This document shows, one piece after another, positions 62,920 through 64,000 of a stretch of 64,000 nt of DNA. The DNA lies in NCBI GenBank assembly GCA_004431415.1, contig QPMI01000246.1:1-64000 (forward strand), written 5' to 3'. The stretch comes from Cyanophora paradoxa CCMP329 (Eukaryota > Plantae > Glaucophyta). Each line of letters starts with the position of its first letter. Position 1 is the stretch's first letter. A program made the position numbers and the translations under genes. The notes beneath the pieces were generated by a model, which did not search any database, was not told where the DNA came from, and saw only the letters and a program-made list of their open reading frames with translations.

Positions 62920-63353
62920 AAAAAGGCAACACCAACGCTAACTCTGGCTCCCCCTCGAGGCTCGAGCTCCTCCTCCGGGTCCTCAGTCTCCGCCGGCGCC
63001 ATCGCAGGCGGAGTCGTCGGCGGTGTCGCGGGGCTCGCCCTCGTCGCCGGCGGCATCTTCCTGTACCTCCGGCGCGGCCGCAGGCGCGAGGCCGCGGCCA
63101 CTGCCGGCGCGCTTCCGTCCTACGGCAGTTCCATGCGGACCGCATGCCGAGGAGGTCCGCATGCGGCCCGAAGACGGCCCCGGCGGCGGACAACGCGAAT
63201 TCGAAGCCGGCGTCCGCGTGGGAGGCCGTCCAGCAGCAGCAGCCCGGAGCCGGAGCCGGGCCCGTGGCGACGTCCCACGTGTACGTGGCGATCGACGAGG
63301 ACGGGCGTGATCGCGATCGCGAGCCGGCGGGCAGAGGCCACCTCGTCATCTAA
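62920..63353 (+). pseudogene. Orphan stalk-TM-tail module of a type I membrane protein with a frame change
   Basis: GSSSSSGSSVSAGAIAGGVVGGVAGLALVAGGIFLYLRRGRRR resembles the neighbours' juxtamembrane regions. The plausible tail is in another frame after about 63135-63165, and no ectodomain is evident upstream. Confidence 0.45.
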
Positions 63354-64000
63354 TTCGATGAAACTCCATCGAATGGTCCATTCGCGTTTTTCTCTTCGTC
63401 ATTACTAGTACTAGTTAGCATTATCCGGGTTTCACATCAACGGATCCGGATTAGGATCAGAAGTTCAGACTCAACTCTGCATGTCTATGACCGCATGCGC
63501 ACGATCATCGGATTAATTATATTGAGTATGACCTCACGTTCTTGCAATTCAGCTCAACCGATTAGGATCAGAATTAAATATTCAGACTCATAGAGTGCTT
63601 GCTTCACGCATATATAGCGTATATACGAAGAGCAATTGCGACATATATTGCTCCAGCGTTCGAGTCCCGGGATCCGGAAGGGCAGTTGGTGGGGGCCTTG
63701 CGCTTTTATAACTGCCTTTAAAAGCACTTCAGACGTGCTCAGTAGTAGTTCCGCGCCAATTGTTAAATTTGCTGTGCTCCGCTAGAATTTCGGCTGGACT
63801 TGTATGGCGGCGTAGGCGTATAATTAAAAGTGGAGTCCACCAACGACACAGGCGGCCGGGCGGGGTACCTTCCCCCTTCTGGAATGATGTCTAAACCCCA
63901 TCATTCCATTCAATTCTGGAATGCTGGAATCAAATGCAATTTAATTTGGGTCTGGGACGCAGTAATATATGTACTACGGTAACAGCCTGGCAGATCTAGC

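Noticed and set aside
63880-63910. Hairpin TGGAATGATG...CATCATTCCA as a terminator or ncRNA
   Set aside because: An isolated 10-bp stem in a genome full of short palindromes, with no supporting context.

Overview
This is GC-rich, intron-dense eukaryotic DNA from a protist or alga. Its style resembles the glaucophyte Cyanophora, which is an inference only. Most long ORFs in the supplied track are artefacts; real genes had to be spliced by eye, so exon boundaries are approximate. Genes found: a secreted clan-A glycoside hydrolase-like gene; a TPR gene; two unnamed families present as paralogs (A x2, B x3); a multipass membrane protein; an atypical double-homeodomain gene; a Pro/Gln/Gly/Tyr-rich CxxCxGxG protein; a Brl1/Brr6 nuclear-envelope gene; and a cluster of type I surface proteins, one with about 8 CUB domains plus a SEA-like GSVV motif. 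Four structural points stand out. (1) An old inverted segmental duplication (A-B ... B'-A', about 9-19 kb versus 33-41 kb) brackets a 14-kb core with the double-homeobox gene near its axis. (2) A 1.7-kb nested palindrome, built from CACAG-ended MITEs, lies between two divergent CUB-receptor genes. (3) GC-AG introns are unusually frequent, and several are fixed by protein homology. (4) Non-coding DNA is saturated with locally clustered short palindromic words. No rRNA, tRNA or CRISPR array could be supported.
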